DNA from: Owenia fusiformis
Lineage: Eukaryota
Assembly: GCA_903813345.2 (NCBI GenBank)
Contig: CAIIXF020000001.1
Coordinates: forward strand, 15,996,001 to 16,060,000
Length of the DNA: 64,000 bases
Direction: 5' to 3'
In this document: positions 1-11,923 of the stretch, piece by piece
Position numbering within the stretch: the first letter of the stretch is position 1
How the letters are laid out: every line of letters starts with the position of its first letter
The notes under the pieces: generated by a model
The model's database searches: none
What the model was told of the DNA's origin: nothing
What the model saw: only the letters and a program-made list of their open reading frames with translations
Position numbers and translations under genes: made by a program

Positions 1-2723
1 TTTGCAGATTCGGATTCCTGAGAAAATTCTACTCTTAATTCATAACTCATACGTTAAATTTGGAGAACTTTTTATTTTGACCTACTTTTCGGACACCATA
101 TCTCAAAAGTGGGTCAAAATACTTTCTGACGGCAAATGGCTAACACTATTAGCACACTCTTTGCTATCTGTATACAAAATTTTGAAGCAAATTATTAAAG
201 TGTAGTGTCAGAATCGTAAAAATAAGGAAAACTATAAATTTGACCTAGATTTTGACCTTTGACCTAGATAAAAATTTTACCTAATTTCCCAGAAACTAGA
301 TCTCATCTCCTTACTGACCCTGTAAGTAGATTTGAGTAAAGTCTTCTAGTTGCTGAGAAAACTGGTTCGGAAAGAATAATAATAACTAGATTTGTGAAAT
401 TGAACAAGTTCAATTTAAGACTCCAGATTTATTTGACCTACATAGATCAGTAAAGAGCTGAGTAAGTAACTGAGTACTTAGCTGAGTAAGTACCTTAGTA
501 GTAGTTGAGTAAGTAGCTGAGTAAGTAACTGAGTAAAAAGCTGAGTAGGTAGCTGAGTAAGTAGCTGAGTAAGTACCTGAGTTAGTAGCTGAGTAAGTTG
601 CTAAGTAATAACTAATTAAGTAATTGAGTAAGTAGTCAAATAAGTAGCTATGTAGGTAGAGAGGTAAAGTAGGGTATGCAGGAATTTTTGAAAGTATATT
701 TGATCAATCTGCATCGTGAATACTGGCAAGTGCGAATTTCAAACTTCAAAATGGCGTAGAATCTAAACCGGGGGTCGGATTGCAATTTTAATTTCAGATC
801 CGGATTCCTGAGGAAATTCTACCCCTAATTCATAACTCATACTTTAAAAATTGGAGATTTTTTTATTTTGACCTACATTTCGGACACCATATCTCAAAAG
901 TGGGTCAAAAAACTTATTGACGGCAAAATGTTACATTATAAGCACACTCTTTGCTACGAGGTTACAAAATTTTGGAGAATATCATTGAAGTGTAGTGTCA
1001 GAATCGCAAAATAAAAAAAAACTATGAATTTGACCTAGATTTTGAACTAGGTATTTTGGTGTCCAAACTTTGAAGGAAAGTAGCTTTTGAGGTCCCCTTC
1101 TTCTATGGGCTTTCATTATGTTTAGCTGTACTCATTCTTTATCTCGTATTTTTACACTTCAAAAAATTATTCGGTCCCATTGATTTAACATGGGGCACCA
1201 AATTTAGCGATTTTTGAGATCTCAAAACGTCATAACTTCAGAACAAGTAGTCGGATCGAAATTTGGTTTGCAGATCTAGATTTGTGAGAAAAGTCTACCC
1301 TTAATTAATAACTCATACGTTAAATTTGGAAAACTTTTTACTTTGGCCTACTTTTTGGACACCATATCTCAAAAGTGGGTCAAAATACTTTCGGACGGCA
1401 AAACGCTAACAATATTATCATACTCTTTGCTACCTGTATACAAAATTTTAAAGCAAATCATTTAAATATAGTGTCAGAATCGCAAAAATAAGGGAAAACT
1501 ATAAATTTGACCTAGATTTTGACCTAGGCATTTTGGTGTCCAGATTTTGGAGCTAAGTAGCCTTCGAGGTCCCCTTCTTTAATAGGCTTTCATTATATTA
1601 AGCTGTACTCAGTCTATATCTTGTATTTTACACTTCAAAAAAATCTTTTTTCCCATTGCCATAACATGGGGCACCAAATTTAGCGATTTTTGAGCTATCA
1701 AAACGACATAAATTCCAAACCAAAAGTCGGATTGAAATTTGGTTTGCAGATTTGGATTCCTGAGAAAATTCTACCCTTAATTCATAACTCATACGTTAAA
1801 TTTGGAGAACTTTTAAGTTTGACCTACTTTTCGGACACCATATCTCAAAAGTGGGTCAAAATACTTTCTGACGGCAAAAGGCTAACACTATTAGCACACT
1901 ATTGGCTACATGTCTACAAATTTTCGAAGAATATAATTAATCTGTAGTGTCAGAATCGCAAAAATAAGGAAAAACTATGAATTTGACCTAGATTTTGACC
2001 TAGGCATTTTGGTGTCCAAATTTTTATGAAAAGAAGGTCTTGTGGTCCCTTTCTTTTATGGGCTTCCATTATGTTTAGCTGTGCTTAGTCTATATCTCGT
2101 ATTTTACACTTCAAAAAAATATTTTTTCCCATTGAATTAACATGGGGCACCAAATTTAGCGATTTTTGAATTTTCAAAACGCCATAACTTCTGAACCGGA
2201 AGTCAGATCGAAATTTGGTTTTCAGATTCGGAATCCTGAGAGAATTTCCTATAAGACTGATATCCTGGACATTGGATTCGTTGAAAATTTTTTTGGACCT
2301 CGTTTTCGGACACTGATATCTCGAAATCGGTTTGAGATACCAAAAAACTAAATCGACCCTAGGTTTTCTACTTTTTTATGAGGAACACAATGAAAAAAAC
2401 CAGGATCAAAAATATTGAAGGACGACCGAGATAATGGGAAAAAGTGACAAAGTACTGGATTTGACCTAGTTCTTGACCTTTGACCTAGATAAAAATTTGA
2501 CCTAATTTCCCATCATCCCAGATACATTCCCTAGTTAATCATGTAAGCAGCTTAAAGTAAGCTCTTCTAGTTGGTGAGAAATCTGGGAAGGAGGAAGATT
2601 CTGAAAGAATAATAATAAAGAAAACTGGCAAAAGCAATAGACTCCAGATTTTCATCTGGAGTCTAATAATAATAATAAAGAAAACTGACGAAAGCAATAG
2701 ACTCCAGATTTTCATCTGGAGTC

Positions 2724-2725
<2 letters not shown>
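1..2725 (+). mobile_element. Two nested non-autonomous Helentron-associated (HINE/DINE-1-like) elements with internal ~476-bp tandem repeats
   Basis: The inner copy starts AACTAGA (384), followed by hairpin AAATTGAAC-aa-GTTCAATTT (397-416) and sub-terminal motif AGACTCCAGAT (418-428). It contains a 12-mer satellite and a repeat with GGACACCATATCTCAAAAGTGGGTCAAAA recurring near 91, 882, 1357 and 1833. It ends with (AAT)n and hairpin TAGACTCCAGAT-tttc-ATCTGGAGTCTA (2638-2665), which is repeated at 2698-2725. The family assignment is from architecture only. Confidence 0.65.
456..660. repeat. Degenerate 12-bp satellite (AGCTGAGTAAGT)n inside the HINE-like element
   Basis: Directly visible tandem copies of agctgagtaagt with substitutions. 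Confidence 0.9.
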
Positions 2726-2754
<29 letters not shown>

Positions 2755-4399
2755 CACGGTATATATCCAGGCCCCGCATGATACTCATAAAAAAGTAAGT
2801 TAAGTTCGAAAAATCCTTTGCTCATATTAAAGATGTTCTAAAGCAAATATGTTGCAAAGATATCAACAAAATTATCCCCCTATTTGTGGTCTAAACATAT
2901 TTAAGATAAACTACAGGCCCGTAAGACACTTTTCTCCAATCGGGTGCGATTTTTAATAAAGAGAAAATAAAATTGTCATTTTTCCGCGTAAATCAAATCG
3001 CGTAAGTCAGGGGGGGGTCAGTTACTCTTTATATTAACGCCACTCAGCCTATTTTGTAGTATTTTATTGTTTTCATATTGTTTTTAGACTAAATATTGTA
3101 TGAGCAATTAGGAGAAACATTGGAATAGGGAGGGTGTGCTAGAAGGCAATAGAATCAATTAAAAGAAATTCAGATTTTTAATAATTTTCTTTTTAGAGGA
3201 GCGAGTGGGCAGCACAGGAAAATTTTACTAATCCAATGCTGTCTGGTTAATTCTGAGCACTTTTAATGTGTTTGAGTAAATTAATGCTTTAGTTTTTGGG
3301 ATGCGGTGTCAGAATTATTTATGATTTCATTATGTCACTTGGTGATTTCTGAGCACTTTTAAAGTGTTTAACATTAACAAATGCAACTTCAAAACATTCC
3401 CAATTGTTTTGTGGGGGGGGGGGTGTGAGTGTGCACTTTCAAAGTGTATTAATCAAAGGGGTGTCAAAGAGGATAAAAGGGTGAGGGTGATGGGTGCCCA
3501 ACTCTCCTACAATTTTAAGATGATATTTGGTGCTTTCTGGGCACTTTTAAAGTGTATGAGTCAATAAAAAAATGAACAACAATCATAATTTTTTCAAATC
3601 TTGGGGATGTCAAAGGGGGGCTGGGGTGCCAAAGCGGGAGGTAGGGTTTGGCTGCCAGAGGGGGAGCAAGTGTTTGTCCCCCATATCTGTCCCCAGAAAC
3701 ATTGACCATATAAAGGTGCTATCTGATGAAGTCTGGGCAACTAAGATGTGTCTTGAGACAATACATGAAATAAATTCAAAATTTTTGTCAATTGTTTTGT
3801 GGGGGATGTGAGGGGTGGCCTCCTTCCTTAGAAAATTCAACAATTTTAAGATGCTATTTGGTGCTTTCTGGGGGGGGGGGTGTCCAGGGGGGTGTCCAAG
3901 GGGGGGGCGAGGGGGAGGTGGGATGAGAATGACAGAAGGGGAGCAAGTGTTAGTTCCCCAGAAACATTGACTATATCAAGGAGCTATTTGATGATGTCTG
4001 GGCACTTAAAAAGTGTCTGAGACAATACATAAAATAAATTCAGAACTTTTCATTTGTTTTGTGGGGGTGTGATGGGTGTCCCACTCCCCCTAGAAAATTA
4101 TACAATTTTAAGATGCTATTTGGTGCTTTCTGGACACTTTCAAAGTGTATGAGTCAATAAAAAAGTTGAAAATTTTTTTTTAGGGGGGGGGGGGGGGTGT
4201 CCGAGGGGGAGGTGGGGTGAGGATGACAGAGGGGGAGCAAGTATTAGTCCCCCAGAAACATTGACTATATCAAGGAGCTATTTGATGATGTCTGGGCACT
4301 TTGAAAGTGTCTGAGACAATACATAAAATAAATTCAGAACTTTTCAATTGTTTTGTGGGGGTGTGAGGGATGGCCTACTTCCCTAAATAGTGGATTATA

Positions 4400-5250
4400 T
4401 AAAAATGGACTGTATAACAAATACCCGGATTTGTTGGTATTTAAAAAGAGTAATCTGCTGGTATTATTTAGGAAGTGATGTTTAAAGGTAGTTCAAGATT
4501 TAAGACCCATCATTCTGACATAGATTGCTGAACTAAAGTTAGTTAAAAATTCCTAATAGAATTAAGAATTAATAGCTGAAACTGTTGTGTTGGCCCTAGC
4601 AAACAATATCCCAATACGCATTTGAAATTCATTTCTGTCTATATGTGTTTACAGTCTGTGATGTCATCATCAATCTTCATCAATCTTCACAATGGAAATC
4701 AGTTGAATTCTATCTGTGACAGTGAGATTATCTATGTCACATAGTAGTTTGATTTCTAAGAAATGTGGCAGAGTTCTATCTATGACAGAGATGCTTTGTG
4801 ATGTCATCATGAATTATCTTGTTTCCATTGTGATGATTGTTGATGACATCACAGACTGTCTACAAATAGACAGAAATGAAGTTGAAACACAAGTTGGAAA
4901 ATTGTTTACCAGGGCAAAACAACTGTTTCAGCTAATAATTCTTAATTCTAGCCTATTAGGAATTCTTAACTAACATTAGTTCAGCAATCTGTGCCAGAAT
5001 GATGGGTCTTAAATCTTGAACTACCATTAAACATCACTTCCTAAATAATACCAGCAGAGAAATGGGGTATCTCTTTTATGCTCAGCTTAAAATGGGACAT
5101 CACTTTTTATGCAAGCATAAAATGGGATATCACTTTTTATGCCAGCATAAAATGGGACATCACTTTTTATGCTGGGCATAAAAAGTGATATCAAAAAATT
5201 ATTTCTTTTAGAAAGCAATAAATCTGGGTATTTGTTACAGTCCATTTTTA
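4400..5250. mobile_element. Foldback/MITE-like element with long inverted repeats
   Basis: TAAAAATGGACTGTA-(ta)-ACAAATACCCGGATTT at 4400 is inverted at 5220-5250. A long inner arm starting ctgctggtattatttaggaagtgatg (4456) is inverted at about 4835-5057. Confidence 0.75.
5060..5192. repeat. 30-bp palindrome-containing minisatellite (about 4.5 copies)
   Basis: AATGGG recurs at 5061, 5091, 5121 and 5151. Each junction forms TTTTATGC-nn(n)-GCATAAAA. Confidence 0.85.
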
Positions 5251-5888
5251 CAATTTTAAGATCATTTGGTGCTTTCTTTTTTTCCAAAATTTTTTTGGGG
5301 GGTGTCAGAGGGGGTGCGGTCGCATCCGTCGCACCTCCCCCCCCCCCCATCTGACGGCCATGAAATAACATGACTACAGGGGGAAAAATGACTTTCCTTG
5401 GAATATTTGACAAAACGGTTGTAGTGTCTAACATCACTTCTAATGAAGCATTACAATTATCCATTATGAGATCACACAATTCACATGACCATTATATTAT
5501 AATTGTTCAAAACAGTCAAGAATAATTTCAGTATTAGAATAGTTTCATAGTTTATTTGATAACTTATGCTAGTTAGGGCATGGGCTTTCAACTAGAATTG
5601 CAGGATTTTTTATTTGCCCCGGGTGCCTAGATTTCTGGTTACTATGGCAACAATTTCTTAAATAATATACCAAATATTTTTTGATACATAAATACACCAT
5701 TCTATACTACACATTCTGTGAAAAATTCATTAGAATAATTGAAAAATAAAAAATTAAGAGAGATATTATGAGAACTTTATGATATACCCTCGTATAGACT
5801 ATACTGAACCATTATTTATTATGAGATATTATATTGTACTTCTTATTTGTATTTAAACAATAAAAGTAATACTGTAGATTCAGTATAA

Positions 5889-6356
5889 TTATCCCACTGA
5901 ACGAAGTTCGAGGGGGATATAGAAAAGCCGTCCATTCGTCCGTCCGTATGTGTGTCCGGGCAATAACTCAAATACCGGTTCAATGGATTTCATTCAAATT
6001 TTATGGCCGCTTAATTCAAAATGGCAGCCATTTTTCGAAGAAAAAAAAATCTTTGATAATTCAAATACTAGTGGATGGATTTGGTTCAAATTTAATATGC
6101 TGTTGCCTCTATCATGTGTGCGAAATTGGAGAAAATCCACTGAGTGGTTTTCCTGAAATGGCGATGAAAAGATTTTCCGAAAAACCTTCAAAATGGCCGC
6201 CAGAAAACAAGATGGCCTCCCAAACGTTATTCAGCTCTAGAACTTGATATCCTCTATCATGTGTGCGAATTTAGAGGAAATCTGATGAGCAATTTTCCGA
6301 GACTGAACATTCCCGGAAAATCCCTATGGCATTGTAACATGGGATTTTATCGTTTT
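5889..6356 (+). mobile_element. HINE/pearl-like non-autonomous element
   Basis: Starts TTATCCCACTGAACGAAGTTCGAGGGGGATAT, then a (GTCC)-type microsatellite and AAAATGGC repeats, and ends with hairpin AAAATCCC...GGGATTTT. The same terminus occurs inverted at 49911-49929. Confidence 0.6.
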
Positions 6357-7207
6357 TCGCAATATGACAGATACAAGTACCTATAAATTTGCAGGGCATT
6401 GTCAGATTAAAACAACCTTTTGATGTTACTACTGGTCCATACTTTTAGAAAATGCATTATTCTTGCAGTTTTATCAAAATGGGACCCCTGGAGACCCCTT
6501 AGAAAAACAATAAAGCAAAATTTCACAGGAGTGACGATTTTTTTTATTAAGGGTCTCTAAGGGACCCCTGATAAAAATACATGATTTATCAATTTCTGTA
6601 ATCTTGAAGCCTGTACAAACATTTTAAAAAAAGTTCATGACTTTTCGTTAAGTACTGAAGTATTTACAAAGTTACAGCAGTCCCAAGCTGGAGAGGCCAC
6701 GAAAAATTGGTATCGATGATCTAAAAAATTATTTGTAGGAGTTATGCCATATGGTGCACATACCTCTGAAATCAGCATATAAAAAAGACCTATAATTCTG
6801 TCAATACAGATTTTTAAATGGAAGTCTCAATAAAAAATTACACTTTGTAAAAAATTCAAATGTGCCATCTTGAATTATGACGTCACAATGACACATCTCA
6901 TTTGCATATTCACATTTTTTACAAAAAACATAAAGTATGGGTGTAGCCCTTCAAAATGATATATATTTAACTTATTGTGTCTTACTTCATTTTCTCATAG
7001 GTTTACAACTTTACATGTTAAACCCAATGTATCTTAAAACTCAATTTTCTAAGCTGGAAATGAAAGAAAAACTGATATTGTAAATGGATATGTACCTCGA
7101 CTCTATTTTCTATACTGTATTTCAGGAAATTTCAATTTAATCTCTCAATTACAATATGTCAAAAATTGATGTCAAAGTTGAAGAATTTTCAAAAATGGAA
7201 GAACCCA

Positions 7208-7471
7208 CAGTGGCGTAGCGTGGGTATTTTATGAGTGTACGCCGTGAGCGAAGCGAACGAGCTTTGAGGGGGGGGGGGGTTTCCCCCAAGAAAATTTGAA
7301 AAAATTGGATTGCATTTGAAGCATTCTGGGGCGTTTTAAAATACGAAATTCCGACTACGAAAAACTAATATGAATATTAAACGTGGGTCATTTCAATATC
7401 AAAAATGCACTTTTCTCTAAACTTTGAGAGTACGCTATGGCGTTTTATGCGTATATGACGCTACGCCATTG
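7208..7471. mobile_element. MITE with CAG/CAA termini and 5-bp TSD
   Basis: TIR CAGTGGCGTAGCGT / ACGCTACGCCATTG; ACCCA duplicated at 7203-7207 and 7472-7476. Confidence 0.8.
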
Positions 7472-8389
7472 ACCCATGTTAACTATAGAGAAATGGTGGG
7501 TTAACTGCCCTGTCAACCTTCACGCATTAGGCGTGATTGTCATGCATTTGCTGGGAAAATAGAAATCACGTTACCGTATCAATTTAGCGTGTGTGATCAA
7601 ATATCAAGCATATCAGTTATCACGCATTTTGTTGATATTTTTAAAAATCGTTTTTTGTGAAATTCTGAAACGGTAAAATACGGAACGGCGAAAAAAAGCG
7701 AACGCATTCCGTTCGGTCTTTGCACGCGATTGCATGTTTATGTCACGCATTTTGTACAAAATATGTGTATATATCACGCATTTGTTTAGAAAAAATTTAC
7801 ACCTACCCCATTGTTAGCGATTGTTAGCGATCGCTATAGTTTCGCTAAAAATTCAATTCGCTAAAATAAACCGGGGTTAAAATAAACAGGGGTTAAAATA
7901 AACCGGGCGCTAAAATTGCAAATTCCCAGAAAACTACATGAATACTAGTATTTAAGGAGCTTTTCGTTCAGTGCTCGACTTCCGGTTTGTAGTTTGAAAA
8001 AGGTAAATATTTTTAAATCGTATGTTTCTTTCAATATCTGAAGGATAAATAGCCATCCAATCAACGATTTTAAATGCTACCGTTATTTTGTGATTAGTCA
8101 GATGAGATTACAGTAGTTTGGACCAATACCATGTGCGTTAGAAGTGACAGTCTTACATTTTGATAATTCCTCTGTCATGTCTGTTATTCATTCTTCTGCC
8201 ATAAATGATAAAACTTCTAATGCATTTCGCTAATTTGATTTTTTTTAAGATTAATCTTCATTTCGCTAAAATTTCCCGCGCTTAAACCCCCTAAAATTGA
8301 AAAATCGCTAAAATTTCCCGGTGTCAAAATTACCCGTTTTACAGTATATATTCTGTAAAACATTTATTAAGGCGGGCTGGAAAGTAACA

Positions 8390-8765
8390 TTTTGGTAAAA
8401 AACTGATATACCTGCACATGTTATTTTCTGGTACAAAATTAAGTATGAAGGCATGTGTGTATTTCCTTGCTTTTTTCAGGAAAGTTTCATTACACTGTCT
8501 ACTTTTAGTAAACCTGGGAACAGGTCAATGGTAGCTCCTGTGTTGTCAGAAAACTTTAAAAGAAAATTTGGAAAAATAGAAAGTGTGAAATATCAGAATT
8601 TCCTGGAGTTCCCATTGAACTCCTACCATGCAGACACTTTAAAAGAAGACAATGTAATGATACTTTCCTGAAAAAAGCAAGGAAATTGACACATGCCTTC
8701 ATACTTTATTTTGTACCAGAAAATAATATGTGCAGGTATCAGGGTATAGCAATTTTTTACCAAAA
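8390..8765. mobile_element. Foldback MITE
   Basis: An arm of about 100 bp (atacctgcacatgttattttctggtacaaaattaagtatgaaggcatgtg...caggaaagtttcattaca) is inverted at about 8652-8765. Confidence 0.75.
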
Positions 8766-11653
8766 TAAGATAATTTCTGAGTAGACAATTGCAAATTGTT
8801 TTACTTTCTGCATGTTTGGTGTTAAGGTTACTTTGTGAGAATTACAGAATTACAGAATTACAGATATAGAGCATCAACATATTTTTGACAACTCATTTTT
8901 GACCCCTGTGTTATTTCAGTGGGAGGTTTATATTTAGAAATGATTTTGACTTTTGAGATTCATAACTTTGTAAAACCTGGAGAAACAAATCAATTTTTTG
9001 TTGTGGCCAAGTTAGCAAATTCAATTGTCTATTTAAATTTTATTTTTGAGAGCAATTATATGGATGGATATTTTCTCATATGACTTTTGGCTTGGCAACC
9101 CAACCCCTTCCAATTGGTTTACATTGGTCCTGCCATTTTTATTAAATTCCTCAAATTTGACATCAATTTTTGACTTATTGAAACGGAGATTGAATTGAAA
9201 ATTTTCTGAAATATAGAGAATAGAGTCAAGGTACATTTCCATTTACATTATCAGTTTTTCTTTCGTTTCAGGCTTTGAAAATAAGAGTACAAACAGACAT
9301 GGGGTTTAACATGTAAACCTATGAGGAAAAAGACCAGTCCTTAACTTTTTTTTGATTTGATCGCTAATTTGTCTATCAATTTAGTTGCGTTTACATTGTC
9401 TCCAAAGGTTACATGCAGATAGATACACATTGACGCAGGAAAACTTTACAATGTGCGTCATGGCATTTGGTTATAACACCTTTAAATTGAATAAATCATG
9501 AAGATTGGGAGTAATGGTGTTAGAACTGTTTTCGTAACACTGGTTTAAAATATGGTGGGTGCATATTTTAGCTATTTAGGACAATTGTGCGATAATTAGG
9601 ACCATTTCCCCTACCCATGCGGTGATAGGACCATTTCTCTTAATGTAGACTCATAACATACACTTTCAAATTTAGAGGAAAAAGTATTTACATAAGAAAA
9701 AATTAAATATGACCAATTATTAACTCTTGCTTTACCACCTACTCCCCCCTAGAAATAAACCCACATTTGTATTGAACTCAATAAACTAATGAATATCATC
9801 TCTAATTCAGAAATAACTCAAATGACAAATCAAAGCCAAATCTGAAATCATCAGTCAAGTCACTTGTTCCATTTGAGGAAAAATGGTGAAACATTCACAT
9901 TTCATCTCTCTGTTTTCTCTGAATTTCATTTAAAATTATTTGAGCATTTATAAAATATGAACATTATTTCAATAATATACATGTACTTACATATCAATCT
10001 GCCAAAAGAAAGATCTACAAGTATTCAAATCAATTGCCTAGGACACTTTTCCAACAAAGATTTTCTGTCAAGGCTGTGTGTCAGTCTGTCAGTGTGTGAG
10101 CCTAGATGTCTTCTGATGAATTATGAATTATGACTCATCAAACAAACAGGGTCAAAGCCAGGTCAATGTAAACAAATCTTCTTGTGTCATGGCAACCAAC
10201 CATATGACAAGCAGAGAAAGTTCAAGATAGAGAATTCTTAGAATCTGATGTCATCAAACAAACATATAAACAAACATGTGTCATGGCAACCAAGGTCAAA
10301 ATATTTAGCAGACAGCACATAAAAATGGAAGAAGCAAAAGATCAACTGGCTGATGTAATTTGGAACAAATTTGTTGCAGAATTCTGGGTATGTTTTCATG
10401 ATTGTTTTTGATTTCAAACAAGTAATAAGCCTGTGTAGAAGTAGAAAATATTTAAAATAATGTAATTTGTAAATCAATCCTCAATCATGCCAATTTAATA
10501 TCAAAGCTGAAAATAAATTCATGACTGTCTTTGGAGCACAAAATTACAAAATTAAGTCTCCGTCTCTCAGTAATACAGTATGAAGATTAGGATAGCCTAA
10601 CACAAATTTCATTTTGAATTCATATGACAAGGATAGGAACAGACATTTTGTGACTAGATCTAAGTTATAGGCCTACATTGTACATATTGCTGAAAATTAG
10701 TTTGTCATTTTCAGAATGTTGGAAAAGCAGAAAGGTGCCAACACTACAGACACAACAGATGTATTGCAATTTAGGCAGTTGCTGAAAATGTACTTACCCC
10801 TTGGCTCCCTACACCATATGACTCTGCAGATCTGGGCCTAAACTGTTCCGTTCCATCATCATGTTGTTCTTTGTGACTGTAGCGACTATAGGCAATAGGC
10901 TAGTACACCCTCTTCACATGGATGGACCGATATTGGTGTTTACATTCTGAGGACCATGGTAAATGGTAATACCAACATAAACAAAGGAAACTTTTGCTGT
11001 GCTGCACACTGGCTACACAGTGCATGTATATGTACAATGTGCATACCAATTATTGTACTATGTACAGTCAATTACATTGATTACATCTACCATTTGATGT
11101 CCTGACTCCACAGCATCTAATTCAATCAATTTGGAAATCACTTGGAAAGGGACTTTATATGAATAAGCCTAAAATTCCTCCTGTGACTATGAGCTAAGGA
11201 TGGCTACTACATGATATGGATGGTTACATCTGGATTACAACTTCAAGTAAAATGTTGTCGTAAAGGCTCTGCAAATCTACAGATCTATGGATCCTTCAAG
11301 TCAACAGAGAATTGAAATTACATTTGAAGCTCCATAACACAGTGCTACTGACAATACATTAAAGTCAAAACCAACTTTAGCAAAATAAATTAATTGACGA
11401 AAAATTTAAACACCATTATAATTTTCTATACTAACTTCAAAAGAATACATATACAGTGATATATTGATTAAATCAAATGAATATAAAGTGAACTGTTATA
11501 AATAAATACAAAATTTCTTTGTTATTTACTGCTGTACTGGTGTACAAAATCTATCAGAGCATTGAAATAATGACCAATACTGGTAAAAATATATAACAAA
11601 TTTGTGAGCGTGTAAACTTGAAGTGAACAAATTTACTCTTTATCTTTTGCAAA

Positions 11654-11923
11654 GCATAAGGACAGATCTTCTATATATGCCGACTAAAGAACAGATCTAC
11701 TCCTATGCCGGGCATAAGAACAGATCTACTCTTATGCCGGGCATAAGACCAGATCTAATCTTATGCCGGGCATAAGAACAGATCTTCTCTTATGCCCGGC
11801 ATAAGAACAGATCTTCTCTTATGCCGGGCATAAGAACAGATCTTCTCTTATGCCGGGCATAAGAACAGATCTTCTCTTATGCCCGGCATAAGAACAGATC
11901 TACTCTTATGCCCGGCATAAGAA
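11654..11923. repeat. 29-bp palindromic minisatellite (about 9 copies)
   Basis: Unit ATAAGAACAGATCTTCTCTTATGCCGGGC; CAGATC spaced 29 bp apart (11721, 11750 and onward). Confidence 0.95.

Larger units (their letters stand above)
2914..5362. mobile_element. G-rich non-autonomous DNA transposon with internal ~270-300-bp repeats, interrupted by a foldback element
   Basis: Imperfect TIRs CAGGCCCGTAAG / CTGACGGCCATG with near-duplicated 5-bp flanks AACTA / AAATA. CCCAGAAACATTGAC recurs near 3692, 3957 and 4251. The internal repeat resumes at 5251 (caattttaagat). Confidence 0.5.

Noticed and set aside
2-2351. Similar short ORFs at 2-205, 1690-1947 and 2166-2351
   Set aside because: They are copies of the internal repeat of a non-autonomous element; other copies are frameshifted and there are no protein motifs.
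11654-11923. CRISPR-like array of ~29-bp palindromic repeats
   Set aside because: The units are head-to-tail with no unique spacers, there are no cas genes, and the context is eukaryotic intron-like DNA.
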